Below, piece after piece: positions 47,806 through 58,978 of a DNA stretch of 64,000 bases. The notes under the pieces are model-generated. The model ran no database searches, was not told the DNA's origin, and saw nothing but the letters and a program-made list of their open reading frames with translations. Location of the stretch: NCBI GenBank assembly GCA_000004985.1, contig GG738876.1; one strand, given 5' to 3'. The position numbers and the translations under genes are program-made. This DNA is from Naegleria gruberi (lineage: Eukaryota). Within the stretch, counting starts at the first letter, position 1, and each line of letters opens with the position of its first letter.

Positions 47806-49994
47806 CTAACGAGTATGTAAAAATCTGTGAGGATGATTTCTCTTGGTTTCTTCATAAACTTCCAAACAAAATCCAACATGCATTTGAAGGTGAAGATATC
47901 TTCTGTGTAAAAGTGGTGACCTCTCTGTCATTTGTTTGAGGTTTCTCAGGTCTTGATAGAGATATTGAGCGAGCTCTTCTACGTAATCATACAATAAATT
48001 AATGCTTGGATCATTTAGTAGATTGGATAACACATCATAGTGAATCTTGGCAGCAACTTCAACTGAGTAAATAACAGGGAGTTGGCAATACTTGAAAAAT
48101 GGTAATTGGGTTACCTTGGTAATTTCATTGGCGGCAGAGGTTATATCTGCCGAAGAAGATATTCTGTACTTGTGTTGTTTGAATAGAATCAAAGCTTTAA
48201 CTCCAAGACAAACAACAAGGAATGTGTAGGTACGATCAGAATTCATACTTGAAAATACCTTCACAATCATGTCCAATTTTGTCATTATTTGTTGAACTGG
48301 TTCTTCCAAGCTGAAAAGTTGTGGCCTTCCAGAGTGGGACATAATAGATGACCTAAGTTGGTTGAATGTAGGACTGCTCACAGCAGTATTGAGACACGCA
48401 ATGTGCTTCTCAACAACAAATTTAGAATACTCATCAAAATCTAAAATGTCACCAAATGTCAAATTGTTGACAATTTTCTTATTAATTGCATCAATCTCAC
48501 TTTCCACAACATCTGTTAGTGAGGATAATTAGAAAATTAATAACCAAAATTTAACAACATACCACTCAAATAGAATAATTCTGAAACACATAGACCTTGT
48601 CTAATAAAACTACAATGTTCATCCATGTCCTTTTCTCTTTCTTTCAAATACCATGTGCAAATAGAATAGAAATATTTGGATCTTGCCACACAATCCAAAT
48701 AACATTTAGAGTTGGCTGCTTTTGAACATGCTGTGGCTGAAGAACATTTGGATGGACTTTTGCATTCAGCACTCAATAGATAGTATGCCATCAACGTGTA
48801 CGTATAAATGACAGAACTGTCATTGGTTTGATCGAAACACTTGGAAATGTGATCTCTTCCCTTCTCGAAAAATATTTTAGCAAATCCCATATTACCAATC
48901 CTGAAGAATGAAATAGCATGCATTAAAAACAAGAATGCCAGCTTGGAGTTTCCTAGGGGCTCTCTAGGGTCAATCTTGTCTTCCAGCTCGCTCTCTAGGT
49001 CAGTTTTTCCTGTAATAGAAACACTGAGCCAATACATTAATTCATCTCTGTTGGATGGTGGGACCATAGAATAGGAAAGACTCTTATACACATCTAATGA
49101 AATATTGTCAAAATATTTTCTATCAAGCTCAATTTGTCGTAAGTTATTGAGATAGGCTCTTTCATTGATATACCTTGATTCTCTTTTCACTGGAATTGGA
49201 ACTGATGGAGGTGATTCCTTCCTTTTGGATATTGTTTTGCTCTTTCTCTCAGTAATTACAGATGAGTCATCAACAAATTGATACTCTACAACACCTGTCA
49301 ATGAATTATTCGAATTTAGTATGGTTTTTGGACCTCTTTTTCTTGCTTGAGCATAAACACATTGCTTTTGTGAACGTAGACAATTGGAGCAACCAGGATA
49401 AGCCACACGGTCACACTTTTTGTGATTCAACTTGCAAAAGATACAAGCATTATTCATCAATACAACATCTACATTTGTTGATTGAGCTGTTATTGAATCT
49501 ATATTTGAAGGACTTGTTTTATCACATGAATTAGAGGCTTTAGAAGATGCTGTAAATGTTGATGAACTCTCGGATGAGTTGTGTACAAGTAAACCTGTAT
49601 TCAGCATTGTGAATGGAGTATTTACCTGTGTAAGATTGAAGAAGTGATCAGTTGTATTGTTGGTAGTGTTTGTTGGTAATGTTGGAGTCTTCTTCTTCGT
49701 ACTTACAAAGGCTGGATTGAAATTGTTTTCCATTTGATTATTACTCCTCATCACATCACTTGATGAAGTGGCTGATGAGGTTGCATGATGATTAGATTGT
49801 TGCGCCATCATTTGTGTGATGTTATTGTTGGAGAACATGTTTTGTGAATTAAATAAGAGGTTTGAGCCAACATTAGGAAGAGTCACCCTTTCGCTCTGAC
49901 CAGTCCAGGAATTTGTCTGTTGGCATGTTGACGAAGAAGGCTGCTGATGCAAGTTCAAATTAAATTGCTGATGTTGTTGTTGATGATGTTGCAT
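47806..49994 (-). CDS. Zn(II)2Cys6 transcription factor (paralogue B), two exons
   Basis: The ATG is at 49994; the track start at 50000 is TTG. Exon 1 is 49994..48563, the intron is 48513..48562 (50 nt, gtatgt...ctaacag) and exon 2 is 48512..47806, joining ...ELFYLS|DVVESEIDAINKK. The cluster is CIFCKLNHKKCDRVAYPGCSNCLRSQKQC (C-x2-C-x6-C-x7-C-x2-C-x6-C). Confidence 0.8.
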
Positions 49995-50557
49995 TATCAA
50001 AGGCTTCCGAAATGTGTGTTGATAACGATGAAAAATCTAATGGTGAACACCTCCTAAAAGATATATTAACAAATCGCAAGATGCAGCTGTATGCAGATTC
50101 GCTTTTTTAGAGAGAGGTACAGCTGATGAGAGCAAGAGAGCTTGGAACTTGTATTTTTTTGTTGGAAATCGCCGTTACTCTCGTGGCCAGCAACTCCATG
50201 CTTTGTGTCAGATTGTATCTGAAAATTTCACTATTTTGGAGTTTGAAAGGTGAGATTCAATTTTTTTAAGAGATAAAACAGACGCTTCGTTAGGTTGAAA
50301 TACAATACTAAAAAAGATCTTTTTTTTTTATATAAAACAAAAACTTGGTGAACCGAGTTTTTGAATTATCGACAATTGTATTCAATGTTTGAATAGGAAT
50401 TAACTTTAACGTGAGATATTCCATATTGGAATCAAAGTTATGTTATTATTGGTGATCAAGCTCATTATGAAAAGAATTCTTAATTAGCAACCATTCCAAG
50501 CTAATAAGTTGCCAAGTTGTGATCGAAATTTAGGAGTTTATTGATTTTCGATATGAA

Positions 50558-50932
50558 TTACTTGTCAACTGACTTGGACATCTTTTTGAGAGTTTTCTTG
50601 AATGCTTTTGATGATTCATCCAAACATTGATTTGCTTTCTTTTCAGTTTCTGCATGAAGAATGCATTGTGCCATTGGTAAACTCAAAGCTGATTTACAAT
50701 AATCCAAACAGCTCTGTTGCCATTTCTTCATGGAATCTCCCGATTGTTCTTGAATGGCTTGATGAGATGATTTTTTAATATTTAAAATCTCCTCTCTGAG
50801 TGTTACTTGTTTGTTCTTATCATAGAGAAGGGGAACGAGATGAGAACAAACTGTTTCGCATTGATCTTGGTTGGTTCCTGTTCTTCTCAATTGCTCCTTC
50901 ACTTCTTTGGTGTTCTTTTTGTCTTTGCCCAT
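50558..50932 (-). CDS. Small basic Cys-containing protein (124 aa), unknown function
   Basis: aaaaaaaaaATG start (MGKDKKNTKE...). There are 8 Cys residues, including CETVC, CLDYC and MAQC...ANQC pairs. No family assigned. Confidence 0.55.
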   Translation of the reverse strand: MGKDKKNTKEVKEQLRRTGTNQDQCETVCSHLVPLLYDKNKQVTLREEILNIKKSSHQAIQEQSGDSMKKWQQSCLDYCKSALSLPMAQCILHAETEKKANQCLDESSKAFKKTLKKMSKSVDK

Positions 50933-51064
50933 TTTTTTTTTGAAAAGATTGTTGTTTGAAGGGATCGTCCATTTTGGGTTTAACTTGATTTGTGTGTTTC
51001 GTATTTGTTGATTTACTTAATGAATTAAAAACCTTACATAGCATTTTCCAACAAGTATAAAGCT

Positions 51065-51070
51065 AAAAAA
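51065..51070 (-). terminator. Pol III terminator (T6) downstream of tRNA-Lys
   Basis: The minus strand reads gttgtaaTTTTTTagc, starting 8 nt after the tRNA 3' end. Confidence 0.7.
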
Positions 51071-51077
51071 TTACAAC

Positions 51078-51150
51078 CGCCCCACGTGGGGCTCGAACCC
51101 ACGACCGTTGGATTAAAAGTCCAACGCTCTACCGACTGAGCTAGCGGGGC
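51078..51150 (-). tRNA. tRNA-Lys(UUU): tRNA-Lys (anticodon UUU)
   Basis: The minus strand reads GCCCCGC TA GCTC AGTCGGTA GAGC G TTGGA CTTTTAA TCCAA CGGTC GTGGG TTCGAGC CCCAC GTGGGGC G. This is a 73-nt cloverleaf in which all four stems pair. No intron and no encoded CCA. Confidence 0.95.
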
Positions 51151-51292
51151 TGCTCATGAGTAATGAAAATTAATGTTTCTTGAGGCTAATAACGAAACTA
51201 ACTCTGAATTATTACGTTGCAATTGGTTTGTTATGTCTGAAATTACAAATTATTGCTATTTGGTATCTTCATATGAATAATAGTTTGAAAAA

Positions 51293-51847
51293 ATGATGCG
51301 TAAAGCCACCGTGGAAACGGAACAACCTCTTCATGTACAAACTTTTGATAAAATAATAGAAGATGTGATGAGCAAGGAAGAAATTACTCTCCCAATCGGA
51401 TTGTGTATTGAAGATTTGGAAATTTTGTGTGAGGCAATTAGTAATGTTTCTACTCTCCGAAAATTGACCTTCATCGGAGAACTTTCTGGCATACAACAAC
51501 AAGAATCTAGTTTTGTTGATGAGGAACAATTTGAATTAATTTCAAAATCAATTTTAGGAGGAGCCAGTAGCTTGCAATCCATCGGGTTCTTGGCAATGCA
51601 CTTGAGAGATGATCATTTAAATTTCTTCTTGAATATTGCTAAAAGTTTGTCAGAAACTAGCTTGCCTGTTTCTTCATTGGAATCGATTGTTTTTTGTGGA
51701 AATGAATTTACTGCTGAAATGACAACAACAGCCACTTTGCAAATTAAAGAAATCTTTAAGAATGTTAAGGAAATACATATGGATGAAACAACAAGAGTGG
51801 ATGAATCTGCCTCTATTTCTCAACAAGTTTCAAACTTGGAGCTCTAA
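51293..51847 (+). CDS. Small RNI-type leucine-rich-repeat protein
   Basis: aaaaaATG start. The 184-aa ORF has repeats of about 28 aa of the ribonuclease-inhibitor LRR type (L..L.F.....i......l...l...sL.si.f). Confidence 0.55.
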   Translation: MMRKATVETEQPLHVQTFDKIIEDVMSKEEITLPIGLCIEDLEILCEAISNVSTLRKLTFIGELSGIQQQESSFVDEEQFELISKSILGGASSLQSIGFLAMHLRDDHLNFFLNIAKSLSETSLPVSSLESIVFCGNEFTAEMTTTATLQIKEIFKNVKEIHMDETTRVDESASISQQVSNLEL

Positions 51848-52345
51848 TACATTTATATTCTTTAGTTCAAATTATAATACATGTTTCAAAAATTATGCAG
51901 ATTCTATTCCAACATGTTATGGAAATAACTCTTATTCTTGCTTCCTATCTATCTCTTTTCAAGGAGCTGGAAAGTTTTCATCTTTTGGATTACGATACAA
52001 CTCAAAGTTTAATCCATTCTAATTGGAATAATTCTAATCCTCACCAATAATCTGTAAAGACATTTTAAAGTGGTGTAAATAATTATTTGAAAAACTGATA
52101 ATACAATCACTTTCCAAAAACATCCTTACAATTCTTCCTTCCTTTCATGGCTTTCTTTTTAAATTACGAATGTTGACAACAGCAAACCCAAAAAAAACAA
52201 TCGTTCATTACGACGACAATTAATCATCTGTTTTCGTTCTGTGGAAGTGACATTGTTTTCCATCTTACCACACAATCCATTATTCAACAATTGTGTTCGA
52301 GGTGTCAACCACAAGTGTTGTTAGTTGACCATCATCATCAAAAGC

Positions 52346-55300
52346 ATGGGCAACAAGGCCACAAAATTCGAACCAACTCCTAACAACAATCATCATGAGG
52401 AAACTCCACTATCTTCCCTAAGAAAATCCTCCACTACTACTAATAACAACAACAACTCAACCCGATCCTTTCGTTCCAACTTATCGAGAGCAAACACCAA
52501 TTCACTCTCAAGACCAGGAGGACTCACTTCAAGTCGTTCTCAGCCTACATTGGTTCGTTTCAGAGAGAATACTACTGATGATGAAGATAGCAGTGATGAG
52601 GATGAAGACAAAAACCGCCAAAATTCTGAAACTCTAAAAAGAAAAACACCAACAGGTTCATCGCCAGCGGCTGTTACTGATAATTCTTCTTCCTCTTCAC
52701 CATCAAGATCTTCCGTGTCTTCGCCAGCAGCTAGGAACAAACGACGTTCAATTTTATTGTTTTTAGGAAGGAATAATGAAGATGAACAACAACAGGAACA
52801 ACAACAAAATGGGATGCAATATTTGGGGAATGATATAGTGATGAGTGATAAGGTGATGGATAGGAGTACGGAATTGAATGAATCGTTTCTGAGGCAAATG
52901 AAGAGAAGAACATTGAATTTGGGTTCTGCATTGTTTAATAGAAAATTAGTTTCTAATAACTCACCATCTTCGAGCAGTGGTAGGTTACAATCACCTCTCA
53001 CAGCATTGAATAGTTCTACCGTTAGTGTGCTTGCACAAATGCCACTTTCGGATGATGATTCGGATATGGAGGAAGAAACTCCAAAAACACCAACAAATAA
53101 CAGATTATCACTTGTGATAGAGAATGTTCCTACAGTTTCAAGCCCAAATTCTTCTCCTACAACAAATACAATGAATTACAGTGGTGAACAATCAGTCATT
53201 TCCTCTCCTCTTAGTGGTCCAAATAACAAACAACTCAATTCACCTGGTAACAGAAAGAGTCAACTCTTACTCAACCTAGTTATGATGGGCAGAAAGAATG
53301 TGAAAAATGTGGAATCAGCATCTGAAAGTAGTGGAAATTTGAATCAGAAAACAGTTGTGGAGCTAATTCAAATGGAAAATGAAAACCTGTCAAGGACTCC
53401 ACCTTCTCCTTCTGGATCTTCAACAAATTCATCCACATCAATGAACTCTATCCAGATGACATTTAGTCAAGCACAATCGAACAACAAACTTCCATCTCCC
53501 ACTCCTTTGCATGCTACAACATCTAGCTCAAACCTTACAAGACAACATTCCCAGTTGTCCTCTCGAAGAAAGAGTATTGGTGCTTTTGTTTTTGAGCCAT
53601 TAAGATTCAACAAAATTTCCAATCATTCTATATCACCAAATACCAACAGTATCACTTCCTCTCCTAATATTAATAACAGTAATTCTAAAACTACAATTAC
53701 AAATGATGTATCCACTACTAACAGTCCTTTTAGTAATTCTTTACATACCTTACCAACAAGTACTACTCGTAACACTAGTCCTTCAACCTCTACATCTATC
53801 ATTTCTTCACCTAACATTGTCAAGAATACAAGTGCTAACAATCTATTGACAATCAATTTTCCAAGTCATGCAACATTGACACCTACAACATCTCAAAACT
53901 CTATTTCACCTTTATCTCCTAGGTCACCAAGATCACCAATCGATAGAACTCTTGGTGAATCAAGAATAGAGCTTAGAAAGAAAGTCTTCTCAGTTCGTCT
54001 TGAAAATAAGGAAGGATCCAATAATTCTCTCGTTTCACTTGCATTCAATGGAAAGGCAATAGACGAAACCAACCATTCGCATCATCATGAAGGTGTATCA
54101 GATCAGGAGGCTGCAGAAATTGATCATGCCAACCTGATAGATTACAAGTTCCACTTTTTATTTTCAATGAGTACAACTGAAGGACTAATTGATAAACAGT
54201 TGGACTTGGAGGATTTGGAAAATTCATCACTCTCTGGAACTATAGAGACCGACTCACACCGATTGAATCAGAGTATGATATTTCTCTCATCTGCCAGTAA
54301 CTTCCACGATAGGAATAGTAGAAAGGCCTCATACATCAAGGGATTGCAAACCATATTCGAGAAATTATACAAAACCCAAATGAATTTGAACGAGAGCCAT
54401 GTGGAAGATTATGAAATTCACCAACAAGACAGAGATACATTCAAGATGACTCTCATGTTAGGTATTCCTCACCTTGCCGACAAGATGATCAAATCAGAAT
54501 TGGATCAAGTTCTTCAATTTAATGGAGAATATGAAACCTATGTGGAGAAAAAGAGAAAGGAGAAGAGAGACCTAACTATTGCTTTACAAAAAATGGTGCC
54601 CAACACAACAGAATACGAGTTTACAAAGGGTAAAATTGATAACTTTTTAATTTTGAAGAGGGAAGAATTTTTCCTTGCTGGAAGTGATGTTGAATCTTCC
54701 AAGGTTTCTTCAAAAGACAACTCATCCAACAACTTACTAATTGACACTTCAAATGTTTTCAGAATTGATAGAATCGATTCGACATCTAACTTTATTTCTG
54801 AGAAGGAACGAGTTTTAATTGAGCAAGACCAAATCAAGCTCAAACATCCAATCAAATTATTTATCCTCTTTACAACTAACAATAACCAAATTACAAATGC
54901 TCCTAATGTTCCAGGAACATTTGTAAATTCTAAATTTTTCATCAAGTTGTTATCCAAGATTGGTAAGATTACTGGTCTTTTGCCACAGTTTGGATTTTTG
55001 CACATGTCTTTGATAGTATCATCAATGAGATTTGATTGGCTAGATAGTGAGCTGTGTGTTCCAAAGACCAAACTCAAGTCCATGAGGGCTATTGCTTGTG
55101 TGGAGGTTGGATCTGTTGACAACTTTTCAGATTTAAAGAAGGTGACCAAAATTATGGGCAGCAAAATTAGTTTCTGGAATAGAAATATTCACTATTGCAG
55201 AGGAATTGGATATCACTATAACACTAGTACAGTGGAAGAGAAGGCCAATCATCAAGGTAGTTGTCATCAATTTGTATTTGATCTGTTGGATTCTCTCAGT

Positions 55301-56251
55301 TCTGATATTACACTAGTATCAGAAAAACCATCTATTATTGGTATGCACGATTTGTTGAAAGACGATTTGCTGCTGGGAAAGAAAGGATGTATTGGGTCAT
55401 ATCTCGATTGGTGTGCCAATAATCTGGTTAGAGATTCACCTCAACCAGACAATTCAGAATGGTGCAGAATAGAATTGGGTGAAGCAAGGAGAAAGCAATT
55501 TGCCCCTCTACTTAGAAACAAGATTAACCAACTCTCCTCTCAGATGATTATTGATGAAGAGGAAGATGATTCTAGAGAAATCCAACTCACGAGCTATAAC
55601 AAGACTCTCAACTTGATTCTATTTGGTAATTCGTTTATTTCCAGTCAAAAGAGGAGAAAATCCAGAGCTCTTTCGATTGGCATAGTTAGATCTCCAACCT
55701 CCTCTCCATCAACACCATTATCTGAGGATTCTCCACGTAAAAAGAAGAAGAGTGATTCTGTTTCGAGTGGAACTGTTGTTATTTGTTTCCCAACTCATTC
55801 CTCTTTGGATGAATTTGTACGGGATATGGTTGAAGTTTCCAAAGATGAGCAAAAACCATTCAGTATTACTCCAGAATTTTACTTGTTGAAGAGTTTTGAT
55901 AGAGCTCTTTGGTTGAGAAATAATTTTGACAAGAATAAGATTTGTAGAGATTTGGACAATTCTAAACTCCCAACTCATGAATTTCTTGTTGGTGACAATA
56001 GAAAACGAATCATTCAAGGCAAAGACCCTCTTACCTCTCTAGATTATTTAGATGAATTATTGTACAATGATGAGGAAGATTCTGCTCTGGAATTGATTAA
56101 ATCACTCAAGAATGAACCAGCTAAAATCAGAATTTCAAATTCCAAGAACAATGGAAAGGCCAGTTTACCGACTATGAAATGTTTGTGCCCATTCGGTGAC
56201 CCTAGAAGAGAACTTCCCTTCATAGAAAATGCCACAATTCCAACTGATTAA
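52346..56251 (+). CDS. Large (~1300 aa) low-complexity protein with an N-myristoylation-type start and a conserved-looking C-terminal half
   Basis: The ATG at 52346 gives MGNKATK (Gly2, Thr6). The N-terminal ~560 aa are S/T/N/P-rich. The C-terminal half is ordered and contains FGFLHMSLIV (His codon 55001) and GSCHQFVFDLLDSL (Cys codon 55262). Confidence 0.7.
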   Translation: MGNKATKFEPTPNNNHHEETPLSSLRKSSTTTNNNNNSTRSFRSNLSRANTNSLSRPGGLTSSRSQPTLVRFRENTTDDEDSSDEDEDKNRQNSETLKRKTPTGSSPAAVTDNSSSSSPSRSSVSSPAARNKRRSILLFLGRNNEDEQQQEQQQNGMQYLGNDIVMSDKVMDRSTELNESFLRQMKRRTLNLGSALFNRKLVSNNSPSSSSGRLQSPLTALNSSTVSVLAQMPLSDDDSDMEEETPKTPTNNRLSLVIENVPTVSSPNSSPTTNTMNYSGEQSVISSPLSGPNNKQLNSPGNRKSQLLLNLVMMGRKNVKNVESASESSGNLNQKTVVELIQMENENLSRTPPSPSGSSTNSSTSMNSIQMTFSQAQSNNKLPSPTPLHATTSSSNLTRQHSQLSSRRKSIGAFVFEPLRFNKISNHSISPNTNSITSSPNINNSNSKTTITNDVSTTNSPFSNSLHTLPTSTTRNTSPSTSTSIISSPNIVKNTSANNLLTINFPSHATLTPTTSQNSISPLSPRSPRSPIDRTLGESRIELRKKVFSVRLENKEGSNNSLVSLAFNGKAIDETNHSHHHEGVSDQEAAEIDHANLIDYKFHFLFSMSTTEGLIDKQLDLEDLENSSLSGTIETDSHRLNQSMIFLSSASNFHDRNSRKASYIKGLQTIFEKLYKTQMNLNESHVEDYEIHQQDRDTFKMTLMLGIPHLADKMIKSELDQVLQFNGEYETYVEKKRKEKRDLTIALQKMVPNTTEYEFTKGKIDNFLILKREEFFLAGSDVESSKVSSKDNSSNNLLIDTSNVFRIDRIDSTSNFISEKERVLIEQDQIKLKHPIKLFILFTTNNNQITNAPNVPGTFVNSKFFIKLLSKIGKITGLLPQFGFLHMSLIVSSMRFDWLDSELCVPKTKLKSMRAIACVEVGSVDNFSDLKKVTKIMGSKISFWNRNIHYCRGIGYHYNTSTVEEKANHQGSCHQFVFDLLDSLSSDITLVSEKPSIIGMHDLLKDDLLLGKKGCIGSYLDWCANNLVRDSPQPDNSEWCRIELGEARRKQFAPLLRNKINQLSSQMIIDEEEDDSREIQLTSYNKTLNLILFGNSFISSQKRRKSRALSIGIVRSPTSSPSTPLSEDSPRKKKKSDSVSSGTVVICFPTHSSLDEFVRDMVEVSKDEQKPFSITPEFYLLKSFDRALWLRNNFDKNKICRDLDNSKLPTHEFLVGDNRKRIIQGKDPLTSLDYLDELLYNDEEDSALELIKSLKNEPAKIRISNSKNNGKASLPTMKCLCPFGDPRRELPFIENATIPTD

Positions 56252-56306
56252 TAATTTAGTCTAAAATTTACAAGTAATGATCCAATAAAATAGAAAGCTC
56301 TAAAAT

Positions 56307-57611
56307 TTATACTCTACTAAGCCAAATATCACTCTTACCAACTCCATTGATAATAAATCTGGCTATTTGATCGTAGGTTGGATTGATAAAGGTTTGGGAA
56401 GGAGCTCTCTTAACGAAAAATCCCCAAACATAACGAGGCTCTTCCAAAACTGTTATTTTGTTAAAACCTGCTTTCATCAAAGCTCCCAAAACATTCAAAG
56501 TATATCTGGTAATTTCCACAACAGTATTATCAACGAGTGGGAGTAATTGTTTACCACCTTCAATCACAGATCCTTCATTTCCTTCAACATCAATTTTAAG
56601 AATTGTAATTCTCTTCTGTTTTTTAATGTGCTCACTGAATGCATCATCCAAGGATACTGATAATATTTGATCATTTGAAACTGTAGTACTCTCAAATGCA
56701 TAGGCAGATCCCTTATTTTGATCATCTCCATATCCAAATGAGAATGATTTACCAGAAACCTATATTACATCCAAAATTTAATTTCCACATTGCAAAATGT
56801 TAAATAATTGTGAATAAATAGATGAATTATTGCTAAAACTTACACTAGTTACAGCATTATTATGGACTTGAATATTCTTAAATCCATTAATTGTAGCAGA
56901 AGCTTTAATTCTCTCAACCATTTCAGGTTGAACTTCAAAAGTAGAAACTTGACATCCATAAGCTGCACTCAACAAGGAGAAGAATCCTAAATTTCCACCC
57001 ACATCAATCATATTACACTCAACATTTGGTTTCTTGAATACGTCATCCAACACTTCCTCAAATGTTTTTTCAATAGCACTTTCCCACCATCCTCTACGAA
57101 CTAATTGATTAGAAATCCAAACATCACTCTTCGGAGATAGTGTCAAAATCAAGAATGAAGGATTTGTATTCGTCTTGACCAAATACAAACTCTCCTTATT
57201 CTTATTAGCATAGACTGGACCTGCCATCTCTACGGCCCAATCAGGTCCATTATACACATAAATAAACCATCTCAATATGAACAAAATTATAAAAACAATT
57301 AATAGGAGAATGAATAATCCCTTTCGAGTACAGAGCAAACTTCTCAACATGCCTCCAATCCTACGCGGAAGTGTTGATGTTTTAATTTGATCGTATTGTC
57401 TTGTTGATGATGATGATACTGATGAAAAACTCTCGGAACGTTGTGTTGATGATGACGGCATATTCTTTTCAATATCGAAAAGTTCATCACCGACATGTTG
57501 TTGTTGTTGTTTGGAGTGATTCTCATCATCCGTATTGGTGTAATTATTCTGATGAGGAGGGTTGTTGTTGGATGATGATGGGGTGATGGTAGAGTTTCGT
57601 TGTTGCAACAT
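56307..57611 (-). CDS. FkbM-family SAM-dependent methyltransferase with an N-terminal membrane anchor, two exons
   Basis: aaaaaaATG start. Exon 1 is 57611..56844, the intron is 56760..56843 (84 nt, gtaagt...atatag) and exon 2 is 56759..56307. There is a TM anchor (GLFILLLIVFIILFILRWFIYV). FkbM motifs are MIDVGGNLGFFSLL, TFEVQPEM and ILKIDVEGNEGSVIEGG. Confidence 0.8.
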
Positions 57612-57733
57612 TTTTTTGTCTTTTGAAATGTTGGTGGATTACAAAATTGATCAGTGATTTGAAAAAGAAAAGAATGTTTTAAATCAGGATAGGTTGATCA
57701 GTTTTCATAAAATTGGTTTAAGGGAGATAAGTG

Positions 57734-57739
57734 AAAAAA
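57734..57739 (-). terminator. Pol III terminator (T6) downstream of tRNA-Ala
   Basis: The minus strand reads aacattgTTTTTTcac, starting 8 nt after the tRNA 3' end. Confidence 0.7.
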
Positions 57740-57746
57740 CAATGTT

Positions 57747-57819
57747 TGGAGATGCGGGGTATCGATCCCCGTACCTCTTCCATGCTAAAGAAGCGCTCTA
57801 CCATGTGAGCTACATCCCC
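57747..57819 (-). tRNA. tRNA-Ala(AGC): tRNA-Ala (anticodon AGC)
   Basis: The minus strand reads GGGGATG TA GCTC ACATGGTA GAGC G CTTCT TTAGCAT GGAAG AGGTA CGGGG ATCGATA CCCCG CATCTCC A, 73 nt. The G3:U70 alanine identity pair is present. No encoded CCA. Confidence 0.95.
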
Positions 57820-57887
57820 TTACATTCATTTTGCAAAAAAAGAACAAAATAGACTTGTTGCCTTAATAAATTACCTTTTGTTTTTTA

Positions 57888-58978
57888 TTAATATACACTG
57901 ATGGAGTTGATAATTTCAATGATTAGATTCTCAATTTTATAACCTAGTTGAGAAATGTCAGATGAGCTGCTCAATCTCTTTCTATATTCAATAATACACA
58001 TTCTATTACTCTTTCTTGGATCAATTCTGAATGAAGCCATTGAAATAAACATGTGCAAACCTTCTCTAGAGGTGAATGTCCACTTATCAATTGTACTTCT
58101 ATCAGAGAGACACTCATTCGATATCTGACTCTGAATATCTTTAGAGCGAGCAATGTTTTTGCAAGATCCATTCGAATCCTCATCCATTTCTCTTTTCAAT
58201 TCAACCACTTTACTATCTTCATTCACAATCATGATATTGAAAATGTCATACTCCAATGAGGCATCTTTCTTTGAGATAACCTCAAATGTGTTGGAGCATC
58301 CAGATGCTGTTGCACAATGTTCCAACATGTGAAAATTGGAAGGAAGCATAAAGTTGTATCCACTAATGGCATGCATTTCCATGGATGCTTGGTTTCTCTT
58401 TCGAAGTGATTTAGTTGGAGCTGATGTTTCATTGAGTGAGAGAGTGAAATGTACTTGGCATGCATTCAATGGTGCTGATGTTGATGCTTTCCTATTACAT
58501 GATGTAGATGGAGTGAGACCTAATAATTGGTCAAGAACAATTCCCTTATCACTTGATGCAGATGGAAATAAATCATTCATGGAGAATGTCATCATTCCCT
58601 CAAACATGTTCTCATTCTAATGCATCATCAAATTTTGAAACGAATTAACACATGTGAAAAACTATTTTTGAAATAACTACTTACTTTTTTGATAAACATT
58701 TTGGTGCATTCCTTGTAAAGTGCAATTGATATGGAATGTGAATGATTTCCTTTGAGAAAGACTTGATATTTAGTCTGAATAGGAACCTTCTCTTCATGAA
58801 CAGGCGAATTGACCAAGTTCATCTTTCCAAACTGTTCCAACGAATAGTTCCACACATGAATCGAGTCCACACAAATCTCCAACTGATACGGTTTCATATC
58901 AAAACTCCAATTCCTACCCTTGAACATTCTCTTATCCATGAATTGCAACACCAATGAATGAACATTAATATTCAACAT
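57888..58978 (-). CDS. Hypothetical protein, two exons
   Basis: The first ATG is at 58978; the track start at 58987 is TTG. Exon 1 is 58978..58685, the intron is 58617..58684 (68 nt, gtaagt...cattag) and exon 2 is 58616..57888, joining ...MFIKK|NENMFEGMM in frame. No domain recognised. Confidence 0.6.
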
